A DNA stretch of 40,777 bases from Candidatus Sabulitectum sp. (GCA_029940175.1 JAOZRM010000001.1:1-40777); one strand, 5' to 3'; shown: positions 27,275-35,867, counted from the stretch's first letter. The notes: generated from the sequence alone by a model not told the origin. Translations and numbers: made by a program.

Positions 27275-28401
27275 CAGCTTTTCCTCTCTTCCTTCTTTTT
27301 ATTCCTTCTTCGATATCTGCCGCGATCTCTGTTTCTAGATTTTTTCTCCGGTGTCTCTGAACTTGATTCCGCTACCACAGTGGAAGCATCAACATTCACT
27401 TCGGGTTTCTTCTCCGAACCGGTTTGTGCTCTCTGTTTCTGTCTCTGTCCCGGCTTCGGTCTCTGCTTTGGCCTGGCTTTTTGCTTTGCCTTTTGTTTTT
27501 CTTTATCTGCAGGCAAAGAAACTTTTTTCTTATCTACAGCTGCAGTTTCAGGAAGAGTGGTCATTGTTCGTCTTCGATGAAAGTCCTCTATGGGCAGTAC
27601 TTCCTCGTCTCCGTTTCCCTCCCAGAGAAGAAGCACTGTTTCCTTAAAAATATTGACATCCTTCACAAGTGCCTGTATGCCGTTGACCCTGAGCTTCAGA
27701 CCAACCCGAGGATATGTTTTTGAAGCCTTGTGGTAAAAATCTGTTTCGTAATCCAGGCAGCACATCAAGCGACTGCACGCACCGGAAACTTTACTTGGGT
27801 TAGGTGATAAGTGTTGGTCTCTAACAGATTTAAGTGTAACAGACTTAAACTCATTAAGAAAACCTGCACAACAGAGCTGCCTGCCGCAGATTCCCACGCC
27901 GTCCTTGTACTTTGCATCATCTCTGACGCCGATCTGACGCATCTCAATCCTGGCTCTGAATGCAGATGCCATGTCACGCACAAGCCCTCTGAAATCAGTC
28001 CTCTGATCTGCGGTAAAAAATATTCTGATTCTGTTCCGGTCCAGCTGTGACTCACAATCTGTAAGACGCATATCCAGACTTCGAACCTTTACTCTCTTTT
28101 GGCAGTAGACCAGTACTTCTTTCTCAAAATCACGGTTTGATCTGAAATTTTCCATGTCAATCTCTGCTGATATTCGAAGAAAATTCCCTTCTATACGAGC
28201 CATATTGCTTTCACAGGGGGGCAATTTGGCCACTACTCTGCCCATATCCTCCCCGCGATCCACAGAAACAACGGCCATCTCGCCTATATTCACAGGTTGC
28301 TTTGTTTTGTTTGCAAACGTTAGCAATCTTCTTGATTTAAACGCTAGTTGAATAATCTCTATTGGTTGATTCTCCATTGTGCGAGCATCCTCATCTTTCA
28401 T
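27274..28401 (-). CDS. PSP1-domain protein (YaaT/RicT-like) with a ~100-aa polybasic C-terminal tail
   Basis: PSP1 core with GICGRQLCCAGF and CSRLMCCLDYE Cys clusters. The conserved holB-yaaT neighbourhood is present. The tail reads KKKVSLPADKEKQKAKQKARPKQRPKPGQRQKQRA...RNRDRGRYRRRNKKKEERKS. Confidence 0.8.
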   Translation of the reverse strand: MKDEDARTMENQPIEIIQLAFKSRRLLTFANKTKQPVNIGEMAVVSVDRGEDMGRVVAKLPPCESNMARIEGNFLRISAEIDMENFRSNRDFEKEVLVYCQKRVKVRSLDMRLTDCESQLDRNRIRIFFTADQRTDFRGLVRDMASAFRARIEMRQIGVRDDAKYKDGVGICGRQLCCAGFLNEFKSVTLKSVRDQHLSPNPSKVSGACSRLMCCLDYETDFYHKASKTYPRVGLKLRVNGIQALVKDVNIFKETVLLLWEGNGDEEVLPIEDFHRRRTMTTLPETAAVDKKKVSLPADKEKQKAKQKARPKQRPKPGQRQKQRAQTGSEKKPEVNVDASTVVAESSSETPEKKSRNRDRGRYRRRNKKKEERKS

Positions 28402-28402
28402 G

Positions 28403-29458
28403 TCAATGCCCAATCCTGGAACCTGCTACTGCAGCAGAAAAAGCCATTGAAGGTGATACATTAGCTCTCAATCTCTGTTCACACAGGCTGAACAGCATTT
28501 CCATCCGCTGAAAAACTTCATCGTCGATACCGGTTACCTCAGGCACCGATTCTCTGGTTAACGGTGTAGCTCCTGCGAATTCTCTTCTCAGGTCGTGGAT
28601 CAGTGAATTCATCTCTGAGCAAAGGGAGAGAATTCCTTCTCTGCCAAGTTTCCGGGACAAACCTTCAACTTCAGACACAAGTTCCATGTCTCCAAGATTT
28701 TTGTTGAATATCAACTCAAAAACATCCTCCACCTGGCTCTTGTTCTTTTTCTTTTTCCTGTTCAGCGTCAGAGCTCTACCGGGACATCCATCAGAGAGAA
28801 AAGCCAGTGCTGATGCTTCATCAGCTGAAACTCCAATTCTTTCCATAAGCAGTTCTTCCAGCATGGAGGTAGTAAGCCTCCCGAATCTTACAGTGTGTGC
28901 TCTGGATCTCACTGTTGGCAGCATACCTGAGACCCTTGAGGTTACAAGGACAATAAGAGCTCCGGCAGGAGGCTCTTCCAGAGTTTTAAGAATGGCGTTG
29001 GCCGCTTCTCTTCTCAACCGGTGAGCATCATAAATTATTTCTACATACCCGTATCCTTCAAATGATTTCCTGGATAATCTGTGTCCCATTTCTCGCATCT
29101 GATCAATGGAAAGATAGGTATTCCCTTCAATGCGAAGAGGTGTGATTCCGTCTTTTGCCCTTGTTTTAAACAAGTCTACAATATCTTCGTTCTTAGTGGT
29201 CTTCATTCTGGGAATGGTTATTCTTACATCGGGATGTATCAGATCATCAATCTGTCTGCATTGTTTGCACTGTCCACAAAAACCTTTCTCAATCTCCGGG
29301 CATATCCTTGCCTTTGCAAGATCAAGAGCAGCAGTCAGTCTGCCGCTTCCATCGGGACCAGCCAGAATGTAAGCATGAGCAAGCCTGTCCGCACTCACTG
29401 CAGATGAAAGAATTTCCTTGGCCTGGTTCTGTCCCTTCAGGGTGGAAAAAAGCTTCAT
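28403..29458 (-). CDS. holB: DNA polymerase III delta-prime subunit
   Basis: LAHAYILAGPDGSGR Walker-like P-loop region, a CGQCKQCRQ Zn module, and TLEEPP (sensor-1 box). Confidence 0.85.
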   Translation of the reverse strand: MKLFSTLKGQNQAKEILSSAVSADRLAHAYILAGPDGSGRLTAALDLAKARICPEIEKGFCGQCKQCRQIDDLIHPDVRITIPRMKTTKNEDIVDLFKTRAKDGITPLRIEGNTYLSIDQMREMGHRLSRKSFEGYGYVEIIYDAHRLRREAANAILKTLEEPPAGALIVLVTSRVSGMLPTVRSRAHTVRFGRLTTSMLEELLMERIGVSADEASALAFLSDGCPGRALTLNRKKKKNKSQVEDVFELIFNKNLGDMELVSEVEGLSRKLGREGILSLCSEMNSLIHDLRREFAGATPLTRESVPEVTGIDDEVFQRMEMLFSLCEQRLRANVSPSMAFSAAVAGSRIGH

Positions 29459-29460
29459 CT

Positions 29461-30588
29461 CTACTCCAGATACTCGAGTGGATTTACCGGTTGACCTGCA
29501 CGACGAATTTCAAGGTAACAGCCTGACCTTCCACCGGGCAAAGATCCGGTCATTCCAAGGAAAGATCCGGAATTCACGGTCTCTCCCCTGTCGACCTCAA
29601 GACTTCCAAGGTGTGCGTAAACACTGTAGTAACCGTCAAGGTGATCAAGAACTACCATTCTTCCCATGTTTAGAAATTCTCGTGCGTAAAGTACTACGCC
29701 GGGGCCTATGGTAGAAACTCTGGCAGAATTTCCTGCAACCGCAATGGAAACACCGTCACTGATAGTTTCTGTTCCATACACCGGATCCTGATCCAGACCG
29801 AATCCCCTTATGATTGTTCCTCTCACCGGCCAGTTAACCGATCCGCGATTAACTGCAAGGTAGGCAGTGGCAGAAATATCAACAGGTGGAATTGAAGAGG
29901 TGGATACACTGGATCTAAGGGTGGTTACGAATGCTGAAAGCTGCTGCCTTCGCTGCTCTATAGCATCCGCTGAATCACGAGCAGCGGCAATATCGCTTTC
30001 AAGACTCTGGCGAAGAAGAGTTTGCCGTTCTTCCTCTCGATATATCCGTTCCTGCGCAGCTTCCATCTGAACCCTCAGCACTCTTACATCTTCAACCAGT
30101 ATCTCCAGGGAATCGCGGTACTCAGAAAGAGAATCTCCTGATTGCTCAAGATACTGCATTCGAGTGATAGCGCTTTCTGCCAGATGATCCATGAAACACA
30201 TCCGTCTGAGGTATCTGCTGATTCCGCCTGGAGCGAACAATACCGATGACCCCACAAGCCTTCGGTGAGAATAGAGAAAGAGTATGTACTCCTCAACCCC
30301 CGTTTCCAGTTCTGCCCTTGCTGAATCGGTAAGGAACCACCTCTGGTCAATGCTGTGGATATCCATGGTAATTCTTGCTTCACGAGCTGCAAGTTCGTTG
30401 TAATATCCCCGGGCAGCTCCGAGATGTTCATGAATTCCAAGAAGAATCTCTTCACTGGATGCCTGTCTGCTCTCAAGCTCCTCCAGATACAATCTGGTCT
30501 GTTCAAGTCTAACATCCAGACTGTCGATTCCGGTGTCACCCAGCAATACAAGGCAAATAACGGCTAACACCCCAAGGCCCATCAGCAA
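29461..30588 (-). CDS. EnvC-like coiled-coil protein with a degenerate (non-catalytic) LytM/M23 domain
   Basis: N-terminal membrane anchor, ~230-aa coiled coil, then a C-terminal M23 fold (WPVRGTIIRGFG...VVLDHLDGYYSVYAHL...NPLEYL). The metal/catalytic His and Asp residues are replaced (see finding). Confidence 0.75.
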   Translation of the reverse strand: MLMGLGVLAVICLVLLGDTGIDSLDVRLEQTRLYLEELESRQASSEEILLGIHEHLGAARGYYNELAAREARITMDIHSIDQRWFLTDSARAELETGVEEYILFLYSHRRLVGSSVLFAPGGISRYLRRMCFMDHLAESAITRMQYLEQSGDSLSEYRDSLEILVEDVRVLRVQMEAAQERIYREEERQTLLRQSLESDIAAARDSADAIEQRRQQLSAFVTTLRSSVSTSSIPPVDISATAYLAVNRGSVNWPVRGTIIRGFGLDQDPVYGTETISDGVSIAVAGNSARVSTIGPGVVLYAREFLNMGRMVVLDHLDGYYSVYAHLGSLEVDRGETVNSGSFLGMTGSLPGGRSGCYLEIRRAGQPVNPLEYLE

Positions 30589-30591
30589 CTC

Positions 30592-31752
30592 CTATTTAAG
30601 CAATCTAGATGCAAGTTCCTCTGCCTTATCGGTTCTTTCCCAACTGAAACTACCATCGTCCCCGGGGATTCTTCCAAAATGGCCAAAGGCTGCAGTCTTC
30701 CTGAATATCGGTTTTCTGAGACCAAGTGCATTGATTATTTCATAAGGTTTCAGCGGGAAGATCTCAGTGACTGCCTTCTCTATATCAACAACATTCCCGA
30801 CTCTTTCCGTTCCGAATGTATCTACCCTTACGCTTACCGGTTCTGATCTTCCGATTGCGTATGCAAGCTGAATCTCACATCTATCCGCAACACCGGAGGC
30901 AACAATGTTCTTGGCTATATATCTAGCCATGTAGGCGGCACTTCTGTCTACTTTGGTGCTGTCTTTGCCGCTGAAAGCTCCACCACCGTGTCGACCCATT
31001 CCACCGTAAGTGTCTACTATTATTTTCCTGCCTGTAAGTCCGGTATCACCGTCAGGACCGCCAATAACAAATCTGCCGGCAGGGTTGTACAGGAAATGAC
31101 CACTCCACTCGAGGTACGGAACAAATGTTTCCAGCACAGGGGTGATGATCTTTTCTCTGATCTCCTCTTTCATTGATCCGTTCCCGGCATCCTCGGCATG
31201 GTGGATCGACATGAGTATTTCGGAGATCCCCACAGGTTTACCGTTCTCATATTCAACCGTAACCTGGCTCTTTGCGTCAGGCCTTGCCCACTTTATCTCC
31301 CCAGTCCTTCTCGCTTCACTTAAACGTTCAAGAAGCCGGTGTGACAGATGAATCGGATATGGCATCAGAGCCTTGGTCTCATTGCAGGCGAAACCGAACA
31401 TCATTCCCTGATCGCCGGCACCCTCATGATCGACCACACCACTGTCAATATCCGCGGACTGCGAGTGCAGCTTGATCTGGTATTCATTTTTCTCAAAGTG
31501 AAAACCTATCTCTGGAAGGGTATATCCGATGTCACTAATAGTTTCTTTTGCCAGTTTTACGTAGTCAACTTCACCAAGGGCTTTTACTTCCCCTGCAAGA
31601 AGACAGAAATTGGTTGTTACCAGTGTTTCGCATGCAACATGCGCATTGGGATCAAGGGCAAGATGAGCGTCAAGCACAGCATCAGATATCTGGTCACAGA
31701 CTTTATCAGGATGTCCCTCTGAAACTGATTCGCTTGTAAACAGCTTTCTCAT
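30592..31752 (-). CDS. metK: S-adenosylmethionine synthase
   Basis: MRKLFTSESVSEGHPDKVCDQISD, GAGDQGMMFG and GGGAFSGKD are the canonical MetK motifs. Start chosen at 31752 (GGAG 6 nt upstream) rather than 31764. Confidence 0.95.
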   Translation of the reverse strand: MRKLFTSESVSEGHPDKVCDQISDAVLDAHLALDPNAHVACETLVTTNFCLLAGEVKALGEVDYVKLAKETISDIGYTLPEIGFHFEKNEYQIKLHSQSADIDSGVVDHEGAGDQGMMFGFACNETKALMPYPIHLSHRLLERLSEARRTGEIKWARPDAKSQVTVEYENGKPVGISEILMSIHHAEDAGNGSMKEEIREKIITPVLETFVPYLEWSGHFLYNPAGRFVIGGPDGDTGLTGRKIIVDTYGGMGRHGGGAFSGKDSTKVDRSAAYMARYIAKNIVASGVADRCEIQLAYAIGRSEPVSVRVDTFGTERVGNVVDIEKAVTEIFPLKPYEIINALGLRKPIFRKTAAFGHFGRIPGDDGSFSWERTDKAEELASRLLK

Positions 31753-31771
31753 TAAAATCTCCATTCCTCTT

Positions 31772-31802
31772 AAATAAACGAAAGACCGTCATCCGACGGC
31801 CC
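31772..31802 (-). promoter_or_regulatory. Terminator-like hairpin in the metK leader (possible attenuator)
   Basis: Minus strand GGGCCGUC-GGAU-GACGGUCU (8 bp including 2 G-U pairs) followed by UUCGUUUAUUU. It ends about 20 nt before the metK ATG. Confidence 0.3.
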
Positions 31803-31892
31803 AGAGGTCATGGCTGACGGCTTTTTAGTACTTTTTTTAGCGTGGTTGCAATACACCTCAAATCAATCCACATACTGGGGCAATATAGGTAA

Positions 31893-31923
31893 AGACCTGA
31901 AACCAGTAAAGGGTTCCAGGTCT
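31893..31923 (-). terminator. Hairpin downstream of the carboxyltransferase gene
   Basis: Minus strand AGACCUGGAACC-CUUUACU-GGUUUCAGGUCU (12 bp including 1 G-U pair), then only UU. Confidence 0.45.
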
Positions 31924-31944
31924 GACTGGTGATCAAAGACTCTA

Positions 31945-33675
31945 TTACTCTTCCGATTCCGATCTGTCATTCAACGAACCGTCCTGAACAAAAGTGTTTC
32001 CGTTACCAACAGTACCGGAAAGCCTCTCTGAAAGAGAATCCATATCATCCGCAAAACGATTAAGAAGAGCATTGGCTTCAAGTGTTGCCTTTCTGCTCTC
32101 TCTCTCCTCCTCCTCCCGGGCATTTCTTTCCTCTGCCGTGGAGGCCCACTCGGCCTGCCTTAATCCTTCCAGGTAGCTTTTTCCGGAGCTGTCCGGGAAG
32201 AGGTAGTAAAGCAGCTTCTCATGAGTGGTCTCCGCAAGAGTGAGTTCGGTACCAGAAGCGGGAGGAATCCTCCTGTTAAAACCAGAGGAATCGTATTTTC
32301 TCTCATCCCTGAATCCGCACACCTCTTCACGGTAATCAGGATCGATGGGAAATGGTGTTTTCCCGTAAAATCCCGCAATCAGATTGAAGTATTGAACCGG
32401 GTTAACCGATTTTCCCATTGCAGTGAAATATGCCTTGACTCCCACGATCTGCGAAGTAGGTGTAACAAGAGGGCACCATCCAGCCTTGTGCCTGATCTCC
32501 TGAACAGCATCAAGAGCTCTTCCAAGGTATTCTGATTTGTTGTCTCTAGCCAGCTGATTAACAAAATTACTGTACATACCACCTGGGATCTGAGCTCTGA
32601 GTACTTCCATGTTCGGCTTTGGAAACCCGCAAGACAATTCCATAGCATGGGTAACCTCAAGTGCTTTATCAATTTTGCCGTTCGCAAGATTGTCCAGAAT
32701 ATTCTCCACCATGGGGAGCAGCTTATCCCTTCCAGGCCACACAGACTTGTGAATCTTCAGGTCGAACTCCTCCTCAACTTGAGCAACCACAGCAAACATC
32801 TCATCATGAATAGGCCTGAGTACACCTTCCGAAAGATCCAGTCCTGTATCTATACCAAGAACCTCAGCGAACAGGGAAAGGATCTCAATGGAAGGATGAG
32901 AAGAACCACCAGCCAGAGGAAGAAATGCGGTATCTATCTTGTCAACACCGGCCAGCATGGCGATCACTGCGGAAATATGACCATATCCGGGAGTGCAATG
33001 GGTATGTGAAACAACTGGAACTGATAAGGCTTTCTTAAGAGCCAGATAGTATTCCCAGGCTTCCTCAGGTGTTTTCAAACCTGCCATGTCCTTGTCACTC
33101 ACCATATGCGCGCCCATTCTTTCAAGTTCAACACACTTCTGTACGAAGTGATCGATACTGTAAGGAGATCCGGTGGTGTAGCATACGGCTGCATCAAAGG
33201 TTCCTCCCGCCTCATTGACTCCGTCAAGGGCAGCCTTGAAATTCGGCGTGTGATTAAGAGCATCAAAAATTCTCATCACCGACGCACCGGCCTTTACCGC
33301 TTCTCTGTTGAAATCTCTCACAATATCATCAGGATACGGATCGTACCCAAACAGATTCTGTCCACGAGACAAAGCCCGCAGTCCGGCATTGAACGGCTTG
33401 GCTATTTCGCTCATTTTTTCAAGGCGGGTAAAAGGATTCTCTCCAAGATATCGCATTGCGCTGTCAAGAGTGGCTCCACCCCACACCTCTAGAAGATCGA
33501 TACCTGTGTCTAAAATAAGCGGAAGTAGTCTCAGTACCTGCTCTGTGGACATCCTGGTTGCAAGCAGTGACTGCTGACCGTCCCTTAAACTCAAGTCTAC
33601 AAACTCAACCTTGTCACGGGACACGGCTTCCATTCTGGTAGCCGGTCTCTTCTGGAAGAAATTCTTTATTGACAT
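31945..33675 (-). CDS. Carboxyltransferase, OadA / pyruvate-carboxylase-B / transcarboxylase-5S type, without a biotinyl domain
   Basis: DLSLRDGQQS, DKDMAGL (carbamylated-Lys motif) and VSHTHCTPGYG (HxH) match the HMGL-like plus PYC_OADA architecture. No A-M-K-M biotin attachment motif anywhere. Start chosen at MSIKNFF, with GAGGAAAG RBS. Confidence 0.85.
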   Translation of the reverse strand: MSIKNFFQKRPATRMEAVSRDKVEFVDLSLRDGQQSLLATRMSTEQVLRLLPLILDTGIDLLEVWGGATLDSAMRYLGENPFTRLEKMSEIAKPFNAGLRALSRGQNLFGYDPYPDDIVRDFNREAVKAGASVMRIFDALNHTPNFKAALDGVNEAGGTFDAAVCYTTGSPYSIDHFVQKCVELERMGAHMVSDKDMAGLKTPEEAWEYYLALKKALSVPVVSHTHCTPGYGHISAVIAMLAGVDKIDTAFLPLAGGSSHPSIEILSLFAEVLGIDTGLDLSEGVLRPIHDEMFAVVAQVEEEFDLKIHKSVWPGRDKLLPMVENILDNLANGKIDKALEVTHAMELSCGFPKPNMEVLRAQIPGGMYSNFVNQLARDNKSEYLGRALDAVQEIRHKAGWCPLVTPTSQIVGVKAYFTAMGKSVNPVQYFNLIAGFYGKTPFPIDPDYREEVCGFRDERKYDSSGFNRRIPPASGTELTLAETTHEKLLYYLFPDSSGKSYLEGLRQAEWASTAEERNAREEEERESRKATLEANALLNRFADDMDSLSERLSGTVGNGNTFVQDGSLNDRSESEE

Positions 33676-33764
33676 ATCATCTCTTTCCTCGTAATCAGTG
33701 AGGGGTTTCTCCGATACATGCAGGGGATTATATTGAAACACGCAAGTGGAGTGTTACATCGGCA

Positions 33765-33801
33765 TTGCAACAAATACAGAATACTATTCTATTCGTTGCA
33801 A
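33765..33801. promoter_or_regulatory. 37-bp imperfect palindrome in a divergent intergenic region (possible interdigitated promoters/operator)
   Basis: TTGCAACAAATACAGAATA-C-TATTCTATTCGTTGCAA with a perfect AGAATAcTATTCT core. Each TTGCAA arm lies 17 nt from a weak -10-like hexamer on its own strand (TCTATT on plus, TGTATT on minus). Confidence 0.3.
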
Positions 33802-33848
33802 TAATGAACTATTTGTCTTAGGTTTGTGTGCAGCAAGGGGAATTCTTG

Positions 33849-34661
33849 ATGATAAAGAACAGGGTAAAGGCTCACCTCATTCAAGCCAGAAAACATGCAA
33901 TCCTGGGCCATAGGGACCAGGCTCTTGATTCTGTAAGAAAAGCACTGGATATTGACCCTGGTGAAATTGCAATAACAGAAATACTGATTTCCATGGAACG
34001 GGTAGGCAACACCCGTGAAAGAATAAAAGATGATGATCTGGTCAACAATGCCGTTCAGAGGTCAAGTAATGAAAGGAACAATACTGCAGATATGGATTCA
34101 AAGCTTGAAAAAATCTTCAAACTCTCAGATGAGGCCCTGGCATCCGGAAACAATTCAAAAGCTCTTGCCTATCTAAAAAAGGCAGTTCAGCTTTTTCCCG
34201 ATGAACAGGAAGCAGGTCAAAGACTGCAGCAGCTCAAAGACAAAGTAAGAGCAGAGAACCTTGTGAAAATCGGCATGAAGAAGCTTTCAACAGGAGATAT
34301 TGAGAAGGCAATAACTGCTTCCAGAAGAGCCTTCGACCTTCTTCCTGAGGTTAACGGGCTTGAAGAATTGATCAGCAGCATTGAGGAAGCAGAGGCGATT
34401 TCACCTGAGGAAGAGGAAGAGGAAGAGCTTGAGCTAGATGACAATGAAGAGGTTGAGGAAACACTTCTTCCCCAGGGAGCCCAGACCATGGAAGGTGAAG
34501 CTCTCCTCTGGGCAGACAGGATTAGAACTGCTGTCAAAGATGATCATTTTGAAGAAGCGGGAAAGATGGTGGCAGAAGCCGTCAGAAGACATCCTAACGA
34601 CACACTGCTTGACTCTTTCTACTCTAAGCTCAAAAGGCTGGGTTTCGTTAAAGAAACCTGA
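33849..34661 (+). CDS. Hypothetical TPR-like helical-repeat protein with an acidic tract
   Basis: Repeated A..L.KAL.IDP / A...LKKAVQLFPD-type TPR signatures, and a SPEEEEEEELELDDNEEVEE tract. ATG at 33849 with AAGGGG upstream. Confidence 0.6.
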   Translation: MIKNRVKAHLIQARKHAILGHRDQALDSVRKALDIDPGEIAITEILISMERVGNTRERIKDDDLVNNAVQRSSNERNNTADMDSKLEKIFKLSDEALASGNNSKALAYLKKAVQLFPDEQEAGQRLQQLKDKVRAENLVKIGMKKLSTGDIEKAITASRRAFDLLPEVNGLEELISSIEEAEAISPEEEEEEELELDDNEEVEETLLPQGAQTMEGEALLWADRIRTAVKDDHFEEAGKMVAEAVRRHPNDTLLDSFYSKLKRLGFVKET

Positions 34662-34670
34662 TGCTCATAC

Positions 34671-34850
34671 TCAGCCTGAGAAAAAGCCAGGAACGTTAGT
34701 TAATAGAATGCCAAGAGTAAGAGAGATTATACCAAGCAGAAACAGAACTGCAGCTCCCAGTGTGTTTCCGTTGCCTTTTCCGTTCTTGATGAATCCAAAG
34801 ATGGCCAGAAAAAGACCAATTCCAACCAGTACAAGGTATGAGTAGTTCAA
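34671..34850 (-). CDS. Small (59-aa) two-TM membrane peptide, below the ORF-track size cut-off
   Basis: My translation from the TTG at 34850 is MNYSYLVLVGIGLFLAIFGFIKNGKGNGNTLGAAVLFLLGIISLTLGILLTNVPGFFSG*. That is two clean hydrophobic helices joined by a K/N/G loop. GGAGAG lies just upstream. It is in frame with the dnaJ stop, 5 codons downstream. Confidence 0.4.
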   Translation of the reverse strand: MNYSYLVLVGIGLFLAIFGFIKNGKGNGNTLGAAVLFLLGIISLTLGILLTNVPGFFSG

Positions 34851-34865
34851 GCTCTCTCCAATCAG

Positions 34866-35867
34866 TTAGTTACCAGCCTCTTTTACTTTCGTCCACAATG
34901 CACGTTGCTCATCGCTAAGTTCCTCGGGAAGCTTCACCACCACAGTAACAAGCTGGTCACCTGTTACTCCGTTGTGTACAACCCCTTTGCCACGCATTCG
35001 AAGAACGGTGCCTGGCTGTGTTCCAGGTTTTATTTTCAGTTTCACCTTACCATCAAGAGTTCTCACCATCAGCGAAGTACCAAGAACAGCCTGTGCTGCA
35101 GAAATTTCCACGCTGCAAAGAAGATCTCTTCCCTGTCTTGTGAAGAATCTGTCACTCTTTACACGAAGTCGAACCAGAACAGTATTTCCGCCAATGGAAG
35201 TTCTAAGTGTAGTTCCATTACTGGCACCAGGCGGGATTCTCAGAGAAACTTTTTCGTTACTCTGAATCTCTCCCGTTCCACGGCAGGTGGAGCACTTCTC
35301 CTTGAGAGTATACCCTCTGCCCCCGCAATTAGCACACGGGTGCATGGTAGAGAAAAATCCCTGTCCGCTTGATACTCTTCCCGCACCACCGCAGCTGGCA
35401 CATGTGTCACGTCCTGAACCGCCTGCACCACCGCAATCACTGCACGTTACAGGAAGTCGAAGGGTTCGCTGTACTGTTCCTCCTTTTGCCGCAGTGGTAA
35501 AAGGAATCTCAATCTCGACTTGAGATGTTCCTCTTGAAGCAGGTCGGCCTCCTCCAAACGAACCAGAACCTCCGCCACCGAACATGGATCTGAGAATATC
35601 ACTTAAATCACCGAAACCCTGACCCCCTCCGTCTCCGGAGAACGGGTCATGGCCACGTTGGCGCATGAGATCATACTGCTGGCGCTTCTCGGGGTTTCCC
35701 AGAATATCATAAGCATCAGAAATTCTCTTGAATCTCTCTTCTGCTGCAGGGTCATCAGGATTGGCATCTGGATGATTCTTCTTCGCAAGCTCTCTGTAAG
35801 CTTTTCTCAGTTCATCCGGCGAACAGCCCTCAGAAACACCAAGAATTTCGTAGAGATCTTTTGTCAA
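34866..35867 (-). CDS. dnaJ: Chaperone DnaJ
   Basis: J domain (DLYEILGV...HPD), G/F-rich linker, four CxxCxGxG zinc-finger repeats, and the C-terminal substrate-binding domains. The TTG start overlaps the grpE TGA (TTGA). Confidence 0.95.
   Translation of the reverse strand: MTKDLYEILGVSEGCSPDELRKAYRELAKKNHPDANPDDPAAEERFKRISDAYDILGNPEKRQQYDLMRQRGHDPFSGDGGGQGFGDLSDILRSMFGGGGSGSFGGGRPASRGTSQVEIEIPFTTAAKGGTVQRTLRLPVTCSDCGGAGGSGRDTCASCGGAGRVSSGQGFFSTMHPCANCGGRGYTLKEKCSTCRGTGEIQSNEKVSLRIPPGASNGTTLRTSIGGNTVLVRLRVKSDRFFTRQGRDLLCSVEISAAQAVLGTSLMVRTLDGKVKLKIKPGTQPGTVLRMRGKGVVHNGVTGDQLVTVVVKLPEELSDEQRALWTKVKEAGN

Noticed and set aside
31803-31890. SAM-I riboswitch upstream of metK (GCAACC and AUGACC present)
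   Set aside because: The order of the fragments is wrong. The GGNGGAGGGA, GGCCC and AAGGUGCUAA cores and the P1 UCUUAUC/GAUAAGA pair are all missing.
34438-34845. 135-aa plus-strand ORF running past the TPR gene stop
   Set aside because: It is out of frame with the TPR gene, its basic low-complexity product is implausible, and the opposite strand encodes a convincing two-TM peptide.
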